From the NCBI GenBank assembly GCA_017459225.1, contig JAFUDL010000137.1, positions 1 to 37,790 of the forward strand: 37,790 nucleotides of DNA. Direction: 5' to 3'. Positions 13,991 to 22,346 of this stretch are shown here, piece after piece (the first letter of the stretch is position 1; each line of letters starts with the position of its first letter). The notes beneath the pieces are model-generated. The model searched no databases, was not told the origin of the DNA, and worked only from the letters and a program-made list of their open reading frames with translations. The position numbers and the translations under genes were made by a program. Origin of the DNA: Kiritimatiellia bacterium (GTDB lineage: Bacteria > Verrucomicrobiota > Kiritimatiellia > RFP12 > UBA1067).

Positions 13991-15778
13991 CTAGAACACG
14001 GCGATTTCCGAAAGACCGACGTGGCATCCGCCCTTGTTCACCTTCTCCACCGTGAACATCACCCAGCGGACGGTCTTCGGCGGAAACTCAAACGCCACGC
14101 CCTTCTTCGCGTCGTCCGGCAGCGCGCCCGTGCGGATCGTCGTGCCGTCGCTGAACACAAGAAGCCCGTCTTCGATGCGCACGATGTCGTTCGGACGGTC
14201 GAAGAGCCACACGCTGCGGATTGTCTGCGGCTTCTCCCAGTCGAGGCGGATGAACGCCGTGCAGGTCTCGTCCTTGGCGGCCCACTCGTCGGAGATTTCG
14301 TTGGGGTAGCCGCCGATCACGCCGTCAACCGCGCCGTATCCGCTGTAGTTTGGAAAGTCCGAGCTTGTGCGCACTCTCGCCTTCTGCGCGAGGTTCTGCG
14401 TGGAGAGTAGCGGATTCGGCGCGGGCGCTACGGCGGGGCGCTTCTCGTCAGGCGTCACGAGGCGGAACTCCTGCAGACACATTCCATAGCGGCTCCCGAA
14501 TGGCATGGGCTTCAGGTTGGCGTCCTTCCGCCTCCACCAGTTCGCCGCGTAGCAGAGCCACATCGTACGGCCGTCCTTACCGTCGATGAACTTGGAGGGG
14601 ATGTTCACGAAGTACGCCTGTTCGCCGAAGTCCCGCATGTATGTGACGAGCCGCCACGGCCCGGTTATTTCATCCGCCTCCAGGATATACGTGTTGTACT
14701 TCGAGATCGTCGTGCGCCCGTCCGTCACGCACATGAAGTACTTCCTGAGCGCGGGATTGTACGTGGCCGAGACGCGACCCATGCGGTCGCGCCATTCAAG
14801 GAGCGGCTTCATCTTTGCGAAGTCGCGCGTCCACTGCGCCTTGCCGTCCGCGCCGTACCCCGCGAAGAACTCGTACTTCGAGGCGTCGTTCATGTTGGCG
14901 ATGGACGGCGTGACGCGAATGAGGTACGTCTGGTCGGAGTTGATCCAGCTGTTGTAGGCATAGCGACGGCTCTTCCCGTCGCTCGACCCCTGCACGACGA
15001 GATACGCCTTGCCGTCCGGCGAATGCTCCATGTTCTTTCCAAAATCAACGAAGCACGGACACCCGATCTTCACCGGCTCGCCATTGAGTCCATTCTCCCC
15101 GAAAAGCGGCTTTTCGGGTGTGCAGTGCGTCTGAGTCCAGGTCTTGCCGAAGTCCGTGGACCAGCGGAAACCGACGAACGGGCCGAGCCACACCCACGGA
15201 TAGCCCTCTTCGTTCCCCTTTGTTTTCCCGAGTGGATTCAGGCAGTATGTGCCGTAGTACCACACGCCGTTGTGGACAAGGCTGCCGCAGGGGTAGCGTC
15301 CCTCGTAGGGATGAGGATCGCTTTTGAAGAGGCCTGCATCGACGATCTTCAGGTTGAGCGGATCGTCGCCGACGATCTTCGCGTGGCCCGTCGTTGCGGC
15401 GCGTTTGCCAGACCAGCTGCGGAGACGGTTGTTCTTGCCGTCGCTACCTGTCCACTCAACGACGCCATCCGTCCATGGCGAGTACATGTCTCCGTCCGAC
15501 GCCCACGACGGATACCACGTGTCGGCCGCCGTGTACTCCGCATGCCGTCCCGTGAACTCCACACCGCAGAACGCCGCCGACTGCGGGAACGGACAATCCT
15601 CAGGCGGCGTGGACGGCCATACGCCAAATCCATCCCGCACCGCCGGCGCATCGACCAGGCGCCGCACGACGTTCCCCGTCGGGCAACCATCCTCGCCCAT
15701 CGCCGCCATCGCGCAGATGGCGATAACCAACATAACTACATTACGTACCATCACCATCTCCTTCATGCAACTTTTCAA
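13991..15778 (-). CDS. Secreted protein, beta-propeller/sialidase-fold-like N-terminal region with a C-terminal DUF7402-like (galactose-binding-like) domain
   Basis: 595-aa ORF with a signal-like N-terminus (VVMLVIAICAMAAMG). The C-terminal ~130 aa (NLAQKARVRTSSDF..AVDGVIGGYPNEISDEWAA..IRLDWEKPQTIRSVWLFDRPN..VFSDGTTIRTGALPDD..VRWVMFTV..GLSEIAVF) matches my recollection of the DUF7402 pattern. The family of the N-terminal part is not resolved by eye. Confidence 0.75.
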   Translation of the reverse strand: MKSCMKEMVMVRNVVMLVIAICAMAAMGEDGCPTGNVVRRLVDAPAVRDGFGVWPSTPPEDCPFPQSAAFCGVEFTGRHAEYTAADTWYPSWASDGDMYSPWTDGVVEWTGSDGKNNRLRSWSGKRAATTGHAKIVGDDPLNLKIVDAGLFKSDPHPYEGRYPCGSLVHNGVWYYGTYCLNPLGKTKGNEEGYPWVWLGPFVGFRWSTDFGKTWTQTHCTPEKPLFGENGLNGEPVKIGCPCFVDFGKNMEHSPDGKAYLVVQGSSDGKSRRYAYNSWINSDQTYLIRVTPSIANMNDASKYEFFAGYGADGKAQWTRDFAKMKPLLEWRDRMGRVSATYNPALRKYFMCVTDGRTTISKYNTYILEADEITGPWRLVTYMRDFGEQAYFVNIPSKFIDGKDGRTMWLCYAANWWRRKDANLKPMPFGSRYGMCLQEFRLVTPDEKRPAVAPAPNPLLSTQNLAQKARVRTSSDFPNYSGYGAVDGVIGGYPNEISDEWAAKDETCTAFIRLDWEKPQTIRSVWLFDRPNDIVRIEDGLLVFSDGTTIRTGALPDDAKKGVAFEFPPKTVRWVMFTVEKVNKGGCHVGLSEIAVF

Positions 15779-15809
15779 TCCTTTCGGCTACGACAAGCGC
15801 GAACATTGT

Positions 15810-18800
15810 TCAGCCAGCCGGCGCAGACGGCGCGTCGATGCTGTCGAGATACTGGCCGTATCCATCCGTCTTATAGGTCAGCTTATAGTTTATCGGCATG
15901 CCGAGGCTGAAGGACCATATCGTGAGGTAGCGCGTTGAAGCTCCTTCGTCGCCCACGTACCAGATCACCGCCGATTCGCTGAATGCCTTTCCGTTCAAAG
16001 TGCCTGCCAGTTTCGCGACGCCCGTTCCATTAATGGTGATCGTCGCGCTGCCGCCTGCGAACGAGACCGATGCGGTCTTGTGGAGAAGTGTCGCGAGATC
16101 CAGCGCTTCCTGCGCCACGTCAGCCCCCTCGAAGAGTAGTCCCCCATTCGCGTTGTAGCCGAACACGTTCCTGCGCCCTACGATGTCGTGTTGCGCGAGA
16201 AGGACTTCCGTTATGCCGCTGCTTGTCTTCTTCGTGTAGTCTTCGAAGTATCGGCCATCAAGCGAATTCTCGTAGTAGGCCGCGGTTGGATCGAAGTCGA
16301 GGACGAGGGTATGATTGTAGGTCACATTCTTCTTTTTGTCCTTGCTGCTAGATTTCATGTTGGCTCTGAACGTGTTGTTGTACAGGTCGTAGGTGAGTCC
16401 GTTGCAGGAGAAGCTACGGCTGCCCATCTTAGCCGTCACCTTGCCGTCCTTAGCGACGGAGGCCGTCACCTTCAGCGACTTGCTGCCGAACGAGTCGCTG
16501 TATGAGGTGGCCCAGGTGTAGCCGTAGAACGTGCCCAGGACCTTAGCCGGCAAAGTCTTCACCTGGAACGTCGCGGTGGCCACGTACGACGTACTGCCCT
16601 TCGCGACGGTGAACGCGAAGGTGTACGATCCCGTCTTCTTCGTGTATCCCTTCAGCGTCTGGCTCTTCGCGTCCCACGTGATGCCGGTAGGAAGCCCGCC
16701 GATCTTCGTGATCTTCCACCCGCTCGTCACGGATACGCCCAAGTCGGCAAGCCGGTGCTTGACGCCTGCGTACATCACGCCGGGCGACTGCGCGGACGTG
16801 CCGTAGGTCATGGTGAGCGCGCCCGCGTCGACAGCCTGCGTCCTATTCCGGCCCCACACGACGAAACTCTTCGTCGCCTTCTTGCCGGAGCGGTTCTTCG
16901 CCGTCACCTTCACGACATGCCGCCCGGCTGGCACCTTTTCGGGTGCAACGACCTGGAGAGCGTAGAAGTAGATGTTTTCGGAGTTGGAATAGAGACTGAA
17001 CGTGACGCCGGCCGGAAGTTTGCTCGTCGTCACCGTCGGATAGGATTCAGACGTGGCGATGACTAATGTCGCGAGCGCGCTGCTCTCGGCGTAGAGCGTG
17101 GTGTAAGGGAGTGCGCCCAGGGCGATCGCGTCGGCCGACTTCTTGATGAAATGCGCCTTGTAGGAAACGTTCGAAGTCTTCGGCACCGTGATCGTGGGCG
17201 AGGCGCTCTTGCGGTTCTGCGTGTCGTATTTCGGGAAGGCGGCCTTGGACGCCGCGTCCACCGCCTCCCAGCGCTGGAACACGTATCCGTACGCCGGCGT
17301 CGCCTTGAGCTTCACCTTCGTTCCCCATGCATACGTGCCGGATCCCGTCACCTTCTTTACGCCGGGCGCCACGCCCACTGCCTTCACCTTGAATTTCCTC
17401 TTCGACCAACGCGCGTAGAGCTTCGTCGACTTCGCGAACTTCGTCTTCGCCGTCACTTTCGTGCCGCCGGACTTCGCCGTGTACCAGCCTGCGAACGAAT
17501 AATACGTCTTCACAGGCGCGGGAAGCGTGCCCACGGCGACATTCTTCGGAACGGTAAACTTCGCGGGCACGTCCACGCCGGACAACGCGCCGCCGTTCGA
17601 GTCGAGCGTCAGCGTGACAGGCGTGCCCATGCGCCAGGAGAGCGGGTATTCGCCGCGTTCACCGTTCGCTCCGCCAACGCAGATGTAATACTCCACGCCC
17701 GCCTCCGCCTTGAACGACACGCGGCTAGCGCCACTCTTCGCGAAGTCGTTGTTCTTCGCAACCTCGGCATTTGTGTCGGCCCGGTAGACATACAGCAAAG
17801 TATCGAACACGCTGCCGATCGTGTCGAACCACACCGTTCCCGACTTCGGCGCCTCCCACTTGTACCACATCGTTGCGCAGTCGCCATGCTCGGCCATGAT
17901 CGACGCCCATGCCTCGTCCGAATCGACGCCTGCGAGGAAGTTGCCGCCGGACATCTTGCCCGATGCGCCGCCGATGTATCCGTAGGACACAATGGAATCA
18001 TTGAGAAGATTCCAATGCACAAGAATCATCGTCCCCTCAAACACCTTCCTGAAATCGCTCGTCGGCGGGAACGTGTCTTTGAAGGTCACCTTCAAGAGGC
18101 TCGTGCAGTCCTTGAACGCATAGTCGCCGATCGACTTCAGACCGGCCGGAATGGTGGCGCCCTTCAGGAGCGTGCAGCCGTACAGGGCCTTCGGCGCAAT
18201 TGCCTTGACCTTGTACGGTTTGCCCTCCCGGTACACGGTCGCAGGGAGGACGACGGTCCCCTTGTACAGCGCCTTGTCTGCGGCAGAAGGCTCCGCGCCG
18301 GTGCCGATCGTCGCGGTGCCATCGTCCTGCCAGACGAACGTCCACCAGATTCCGGATGCGTCCTTCCATCTCGCTACGCCGCCGTTCTCCACTTCCATTT
18401 CCATGTTGAGCTTAATGGTCCCGTCCACGTTGTCCGCTCCATAGCCCGAGGCGCAGATGCGGTATGTCTGCCCGGCGACGGCATGGAAAGAGAGCCGGCT
18501 CCAGTATTTGTACGAGAGGCTTGTATCGTCGTCGTTCTCAACCACTTTCGTCAGCGCCGACACGGACGTGCCCGTATAGACTCCGAGAACTGTGTCCATA
18601 TTTTCTCCGTTGGGTAGGCATGAGCCGACGGTGTCGAAGGTCGCGGTGCCGTCTATCGGCGCGGTCCATGTCCACCAGACCGTGTTCGTGGCGGCAATTC
18701 TGTACGACTTCAACGGTTCGCCGCTCTCCGACGAGGAATACCTGACCGACGCCGAAACTGTCCCTTCCACGCCAGAAATCTCGCCCGCATGGGCGAAGTC

Positions 18801-21800
18801 GTCGTTCGCTGGACGGGCCATCCACTGCGCGGCGTACGTGACGTTGCCGTATACGACCGTCGTCGGGTACAGCCTGGTCCCCGACTTCCACCAGCCCGAG
18901 AAGGCGTAGCCCGGACGCGACGCCGTCGGCAAGGTGCCGACCGGCTGGCCCATTTCACGCGACAAGACGTAGCTTGGCGAACCTCCGTTGGCGTTCAGCG
19001 ACACAGTGACCTTGGAGAGGTAGCTCCAGTTGACCTTCACCGCGCCGACATTGCTGTTGCCATAGCCCGCCACGCAGATGCGGTACGCGTTCCCCAGCAC
19101 AACGTCGAACGCGTTCGAGCTGATGTAGCAGCCAGATATGGCGTCGTCGTTCTCCGCGATCTTCGTCAGCGCGGATAAGGAGGTTCCCCTGTAGACGCCC
19201 ATCACGGTGTCGTCTATTCCGGACCCGGCGGTGTTGAACTGGACCTTTCCCGTGGCTGGGGCGGTCCATACCCACCACACCGTGTTCGTGGCTGCCGTCT
19301 TGAAGGCCGGCAGCGGATCGCCGGTTTCCCGCGTGGCGTATGCCGTCGTGCCTGATGCGGAGCCGTAGTAGCCTGTGATCTTGGCCGCTTTCGCGAAGTT
19401 GTCGTTAGCCGGTCCTCCAGGGCGCCAATGCGCGTAGAAGTGCTTGTTGGACCTGCTCTGGATCGTGAACGGACTGACCCTCCTGCCGCCGCTTGAGGCG
19501 GTGTACCATCCGTCGAACACATAGCCGCTGCGGACAGGTGTAGGCATGTAGTTGTAAATGACGGCGCCGATGTTCACGGAATTGGTCTTCACCGTCCCCA
19601 TGTCGTTGTTGTAGTGGAAATAGGCGCTTCGATACGTCCTATATGCGCGGCCGCCGTTCACGACTAGCGAATAGCGCGTCGCGTTCTTAGTGCCGCCAGT
19701 GAGAGATGTGTCCATGCCCGTCTTGATGCTGCTGGACGCCGTCCAGACCCGCGCCGTGAAGACGTGGTATGATGTCATGTCGCTTGTGGGGATGCGCACG
19801 CCAAGGGCGGTCGCCCCGGATATGCTGCCGGAGTTCATGGTGTACGTCTTGCCATCGTCGCGCGTCACGCTGAAGTTGAGGGCGTTGACGCGCTTGGTGG
19901 CGGTGGTTGACGCAGACGGATCGCCTGGCGCGTCCGTCCATGCCAGCATGAACGTGACGGGCCGTCCCGCCGGAGCCTCGATAACCCAGTTCGCAGAGGA
20001 GTTGTTGCCGATGACCTGCGCATTCTCCACATACACTCCTGTCACATTGGCGAGCGAATTGCTGAGGTTGAGCTGCCCCCAGCCCTCGGCGTTGTTTGGG
20101 TATGTCGAGGGGATTTCCCTGGTGGCGCCGGTGCCGTACTGCCCGGGCGCTAGGCTCCGCGCGCCCGCGAGGAGGATCGCCTTGACCGTGGCGGCGTCGG
20201 GGCTGGAGATTCCGTACTGCTCTTTCATCCACTGCCTGACGAGCGCCGCTGAGCCGGCGACGATCGGCGCGGCCATGCTCGTGCCCTGCATGTAGCAGTA
20301 GTGGTCGTTGTACAGCCAGTACCCTGTTTCCTTCTGCGCGAGAGACGACTGCATGGAGACGATGCCCGTGCCGGGCGCGACGATGTCCGGCCGAATGCGG
20401 CCGTCGCTCGTCGGCCCGCGGCTGGAAAACGCCGCCAGTCCCTGGTGGACGCCATCCTGCGGCAGGGAGTACGAGTCGCCGTTGATGGGCGTTGCCGAAG
20501 TGAACTTGCTGGCATACGTGTAGTTCGAATAGTGATTGGTCTGGAAGTTCTCGGACGCGCCCACGACGATGCTGTTCTTCGCTGCGGCGTAGCCGTTCAG
20601 CGTGGACGTGTCGACGACGCCGTTCGTTGGCGAGATGTCCACCCCGTTGTTCCCCGCCGAGAATACGATCGTCATGTCCGGATGCTCGAAGATGAAGTTG
20701 TCGACACCCTCGCACTTGGCGGTGTAGTTGTTGACAGGGGAGCCCTTCTCTCCTTGTCCGTAGCTGTTGTTGTGCACGCGCGCGCCCAGATTGTAAGCGG
20801 ACTGGAACATCGTCTCGATGTCGGAGGGGATGGAGATGCCGCTTTTGGCGGTGTTGTTTTGCAACGTGGACTGCATGACAAGGCGCGCTTCGTAGGCGGG
20901 ACCGCGGATGCCGCCGCTCGACCGACGGCCGTTGCCCATCGCGCATCCGACCACATGTGTGCCGTGTCCATTCTGGTCGTGCCACCTGCCGCGCTCCGAG
21001 ACGGAAGCGGAAGAGACGAGCCGATTCCGAATGTCAAGGTGGAGCGTGCCGTTTGTGCCCGTGTCGAGGCCCGTGTCGGCTACGCCGATGATCTGGTTCG
21101 TGCCAGTCAACCCGAGGAGCGTGGCTCCGCCCTCCCACACGGATTCGACGTTGGCGCGTTCCGCCTTCAAGGCCATGTCGAGCGTCAGGACGCTTTTGCG
21201 GAAGCGCTCGATCCAGTGGACGTCAGGCCATGAGGCGACTTCCCTCACTGCGGCGGCGGTGAGGACGGCCCGGACGCCTCGTCCGGTCGCCTCCTCCACA
21301 GTGCATCCGTCGAGCGCTGCGATCTTCTGCGCCACCGCGTCCGCCGTTCCCTTCTCGAAGAGGAGAATGTCGAAACGTGCGGAATCCGCCCCTGCGCCAC
21401 CCGCAGGCGCCGGCGTGGCCGCGAGCAGGCGCACCGGCTGCCCGCCGGCCGTCGGTGCGGCCGGTTCTGGGGGAAGCTCCGAAGCGTCATAGCGGTAGTC
21501 GGGCCTAAATTCGCCTAGATATGCGTGCGGCAGGTTCGCCGCGAGGTCGGCATAGCGTTCGCCCGGGATTTCGACGAGATAGGTGTCGTCGGGTATATAG
21601 GAACGTATCTTCGCGCCCAGCGACTCCAATCTGTCGCGCCATTCGTCGGTAACCTCGCCGTTCACGGGCTGCACAAGATACAGACCGCGCGCTGGTGCGG
21701 GGACGCCGGCGCCGAGGAGCGTCGCACCTCGGGCGGCCTGCGCAGGCGGGTTGATGGTCGTCGATCTCAGGCGGATGGGCGAGGCGTGCGCGGCAACAAA

Positions 21801-21845
21801 AACTGCTGCGGCCACGGCGAAGGTAGTTGCAACGTATTTGTTCAT
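15810..21845 (-). CDS. Giant secreted modular subtilisin-like serine protease (peptidase S8) with PPC-like, Listeria-Bacteroides (B-)repeat, BspA-type LRR and Ig-like modules
   Basis: Start chosen at ATG 21845 (MNKYVATTFAVAAAVFVAAHA signal peptide). The track ORF begins at an upstream TTG. S8 triad contexts: GVADTGLD, HGTHVVGC, GTSMAAPIVAG. Three PPC-like units have the pattern ND(N/D)FA...NTVWW.WTAP..G...F.T.GS..DTV.GVY.G.S.SALTK..ENDD. Four units of GY.F.GW(Y/W)T..SGG are present. There is one LRR segment (LYGCTLLKGATIPAGLKSIGDYAFKDCTSL). Ig-like segments include LPAGVTFS and GGLPTGITWDAKSQTLKG. Confidence 0.9.
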   Translation of the reverse strand: MNKYVATTFAVAAAVFVAAHASPIRLRSTTINPPAQAARGATLLGAGVPAPARGLYLVQPVNGEVTDEWRDRLESLGAKIRSYIPDDTYLVEIPGERYADLAANLPHAYLGEFRPDYRYDASELPPEPAAPTAGGQPVRLLAATPAPAGGAGADSARFDILLFEKGTADAVAQKIAALDGCTVEEATGRGVRAVLTAAAVREVASWPDVHWIERFRKSVLTLDMALKAERANVESVWEGGATLLGLTGTNQIIGVADTGLDTGTNGTLHLDIRNRLVSSASVSERGRWHDQNGHGTHVVGCAMGNGRRSSGGIRGPAYEARLVMQSTLQNNTAKSGISIPSDIETMFQSAYNLGARVHNNSYGQGEKGSPVNNYTAKCEGVDNFIFEHPDMTIVFSAGNNGVDISPTNGVVDTSTLNGYAAAKNSIVVGASENFQTNHYSNYTYASKFTSATPINGDSYSLPQDGVHQGLAAFSSRGPTSDGRIRPDIVAPGTGIVSMQSSLAQKETGYWLYNDHYCYMQGTSMAAPIVAGSAALVRQWMKEQYGISSPDAATVKAILLAGARSLAPGQYGTGATREIPSTYPNNAEGWGQLNLSNSLANVTGVYVENAQVIGNNSSANWVIEAPAGRPVTFMLAWTDAPGDPSASTTATKRVNALNFSVTRDDGKTYTMNSGSISGATALGVRIPTSDMTSYHVFTARVWTASSSIKTGMDTSLTGGTKNATRYSLVVNGGRAYRTYRSAYFHYNNDMGTVKTNSVNIGAVIYNYMPTPVRSGYVFDGWYTASSGGRRVSPFTIQSRSNKHFYAHWRPGGPANDNFAKAAKITGYYGSASGTTAYATRETGDPLPAFKTAATNTVWWVWTAPATGKVQFNTAGSGIDDTVMGVYRGTSLSALTKIAENDDAISGCYISSNAFDVVLGNAYRICVAGYGNSNVGAVKVNWSYLSKVTVSLNANGGSPSYVLSREMGQPVGTLPTASRPGYAFSGWWKSGTRLYPTTVVYGNVTYAAQWMARPANDDFAHAGEISGVEGTVSASVRYSSSESGEPLKSYRIAATNTVWWTWTAPIDGTATFDTVGSCLPNGENMDTVLGVYTGTSVSALTKVVENDDDTSLSYKYWSRLSFHAVAGQTYRICASGYGADNVDGTIKLNMEMEVENGGVARWKDASGIWWTFVWQDDGTATIGTGAEPSAADKALYKGTVVLPATVYREGKPYKVKAIAPKALYGCTLLKGATIPAGLKSIGDYAFKDCTSLLKVTFKDTFPPTSDFRKVFEGTMILVHWNLLNDSIVSYGYIGGASGKMSGGNFLAGVDSDEAWASIMAEHGDCATMWYKWEAPKSGTVWFDTIGSVFDTLLYVYRADTNAEVAKNNDFAKSGASRVSFKAEAGVEYYICVGGANGERGEYPLSWRMGTPVTLTLDSNGGALSGVDVPAKFTVPKNVAVGTLPAPVKTYYSFAGWYTAKSGGTKVTAKTKFAKSTKLYARWSKRKFKVKAVGVAPGVKKVTGSGTYAWGTKVKLKATPAYGYVFQRWEAVDAASKAAFPKYDTQNRKSASPTITVPKTSNVSYKAHFIKKSADAIALGALPYTTLYAESSALATLVIATSESYPTVTTSKLPAGVTFSLYSNSENIYFYALQVVAPEKVPAGRHVVKVTAKNRSGKKATKSFVVWGRNRTQAVDAGALTMTYGTSAQSPGVMYAGVKHRLADLGVSVTSGWKITKIGGLPTGITWDAKSQTLKGYTKKTGSYTFAFTVAKGSTSYVATATFQVKTLPAKVLGTFYGYTWATSYSDSFGSKSLKVTASVAKDGKVTAKMGSRSFSCNGLTYDLYNNTFRANMKSSSKDKKKNVTYNHTLVLDFDPTAAYYENSLDGRYFEDYTKKTSSGITEVLLAQHDIVGRRNVFGYNANGGLLFEGADVAQEALDLATLLHKTASVSFAGGSATITINGTGVAKLAGTLNGKAFSESAVIWYVGDEGASTRYLTIWSFSLGMPINYKLTYKTDGYGQYLDSIDAPSAPAG

Positions 21846-21851
21846 GCCTGA

Positions 21852-21881
21852 ATTGTACCACACGTCCCATTCGAATGTCAA
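21852..21881 (-). promoter_or_regulatory. Sigma-70-type promoter TTGACA-N18-TGgTACAAT immediately upstream of the subtilase ATG
   Basis: On the minus strand, TTGACA is at 21881-21876, followed by an 18-nt spacer and TGgTACAAT at 21860-21852. Only 6 nt (tcaggc) separate the -10 hexamer from ATG 21845. Confidence 0.4.
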
Positions 21882-21954
21882 TTAAACCCGCGCGAACTGC
21901 AAAAAAATTCCGGCCGCCCGCATCACCTGGACGCGCACGTTTCAGGAACATGGC

Positions 21955-22221
21955 CTACCTGCCCACGGAAAACTTCTCCGCCACCCACACGCCATCGGAC
22001 TTGGCAATTCCAGAAAGCCCTTCAAACTTCCACCCTGGACAGGAGAACCCATTGCTGTCCCAGTACCCGCCCCACTTATGCTGCGTCGCCGTCCCTTCGA
22101 ACGTGCCGTTCTGGATTAAATTCGCCCCCGCAAAAACCTGCACCGATACGGCTGCAACCGCCGTGAGGCAAATCCCCTTGAATTGATATGATATTTTTCT
22201 CATGGATATGTAGCCTTTCAT
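21955..22221 (-). CDS. Small secreted protein; looks like the N-terminal stub of a DUF642/CBM-like protein (possibly a gene fragment)
   Basis: 88-aa ORF. The likely start is the second Met (MRKISYQFKGICLTAVAAVSVQVFAGA, ATG 22203), preceded by AAAGG. The mature N-terminus NLIQNGTFEG...GW is typical of carbohydrate-binding jelly rolls, which are normally much longer. Confidence 0.4.
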   Translation of the reverse strand: MKGYISMRKISYQFKGICLTAVAAVSVQVFAGANLIQNGTFEGTATQHKWGGYWDSNGFSCPGWKFEGLSGIAKSDGVWVAEKFSVGR

Positions 22222-22229
22222 GTGCGGTT

Positions 22230-22238
22230 ATCATATCA
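22230..22238 (-). promoter_or_regulatory. Extended -10 element TGaTATGAT (within the 12-mer TTTGATATGATA, which is shared with 36476-36487)
   Basis: The minus strand reads ggggTTTGATATGATAaccgcacATG. The element lies directly upstream of ORF 21955-22221. Confidence 0.3.
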
Positions 22239-22346
22239 AACCCCGATGTAACCCGGCAACAGAGAATCGCGATTCAGAACGCAAGCGAGTTAGGGGCCAA
22301 CTAAACTTGATTTTCCGTTTTAGTTGCACCCAAAGTCTTGTCTGAT

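Noticed and set aside
21898-21916. Sigma-54-like -24/-12 element (cGGccGgaatttttTTGCA on the minus strand) upstream of the subtilase gene, attractive because rpoN is in the window
   Set aside because: The GG-to-GC spacing is off by one relative to the strict TGGCAC-N5-TTGC geometry, and the -24 box is poor. A near-consensus sigma-70-type promoter lies closer to the gene. By eye I found no better TGGCAC-N5-TTGC match in any intergenic region.
22298-22326. Hairpin CAACTAAA-N13-TTTAGTTG downstream of the ATPase stop, as a terminator
   Set aside because: It has an AT-rich 8-bp stem, a 13-nt loop and no U-tract on either strand. That is too weak to call.
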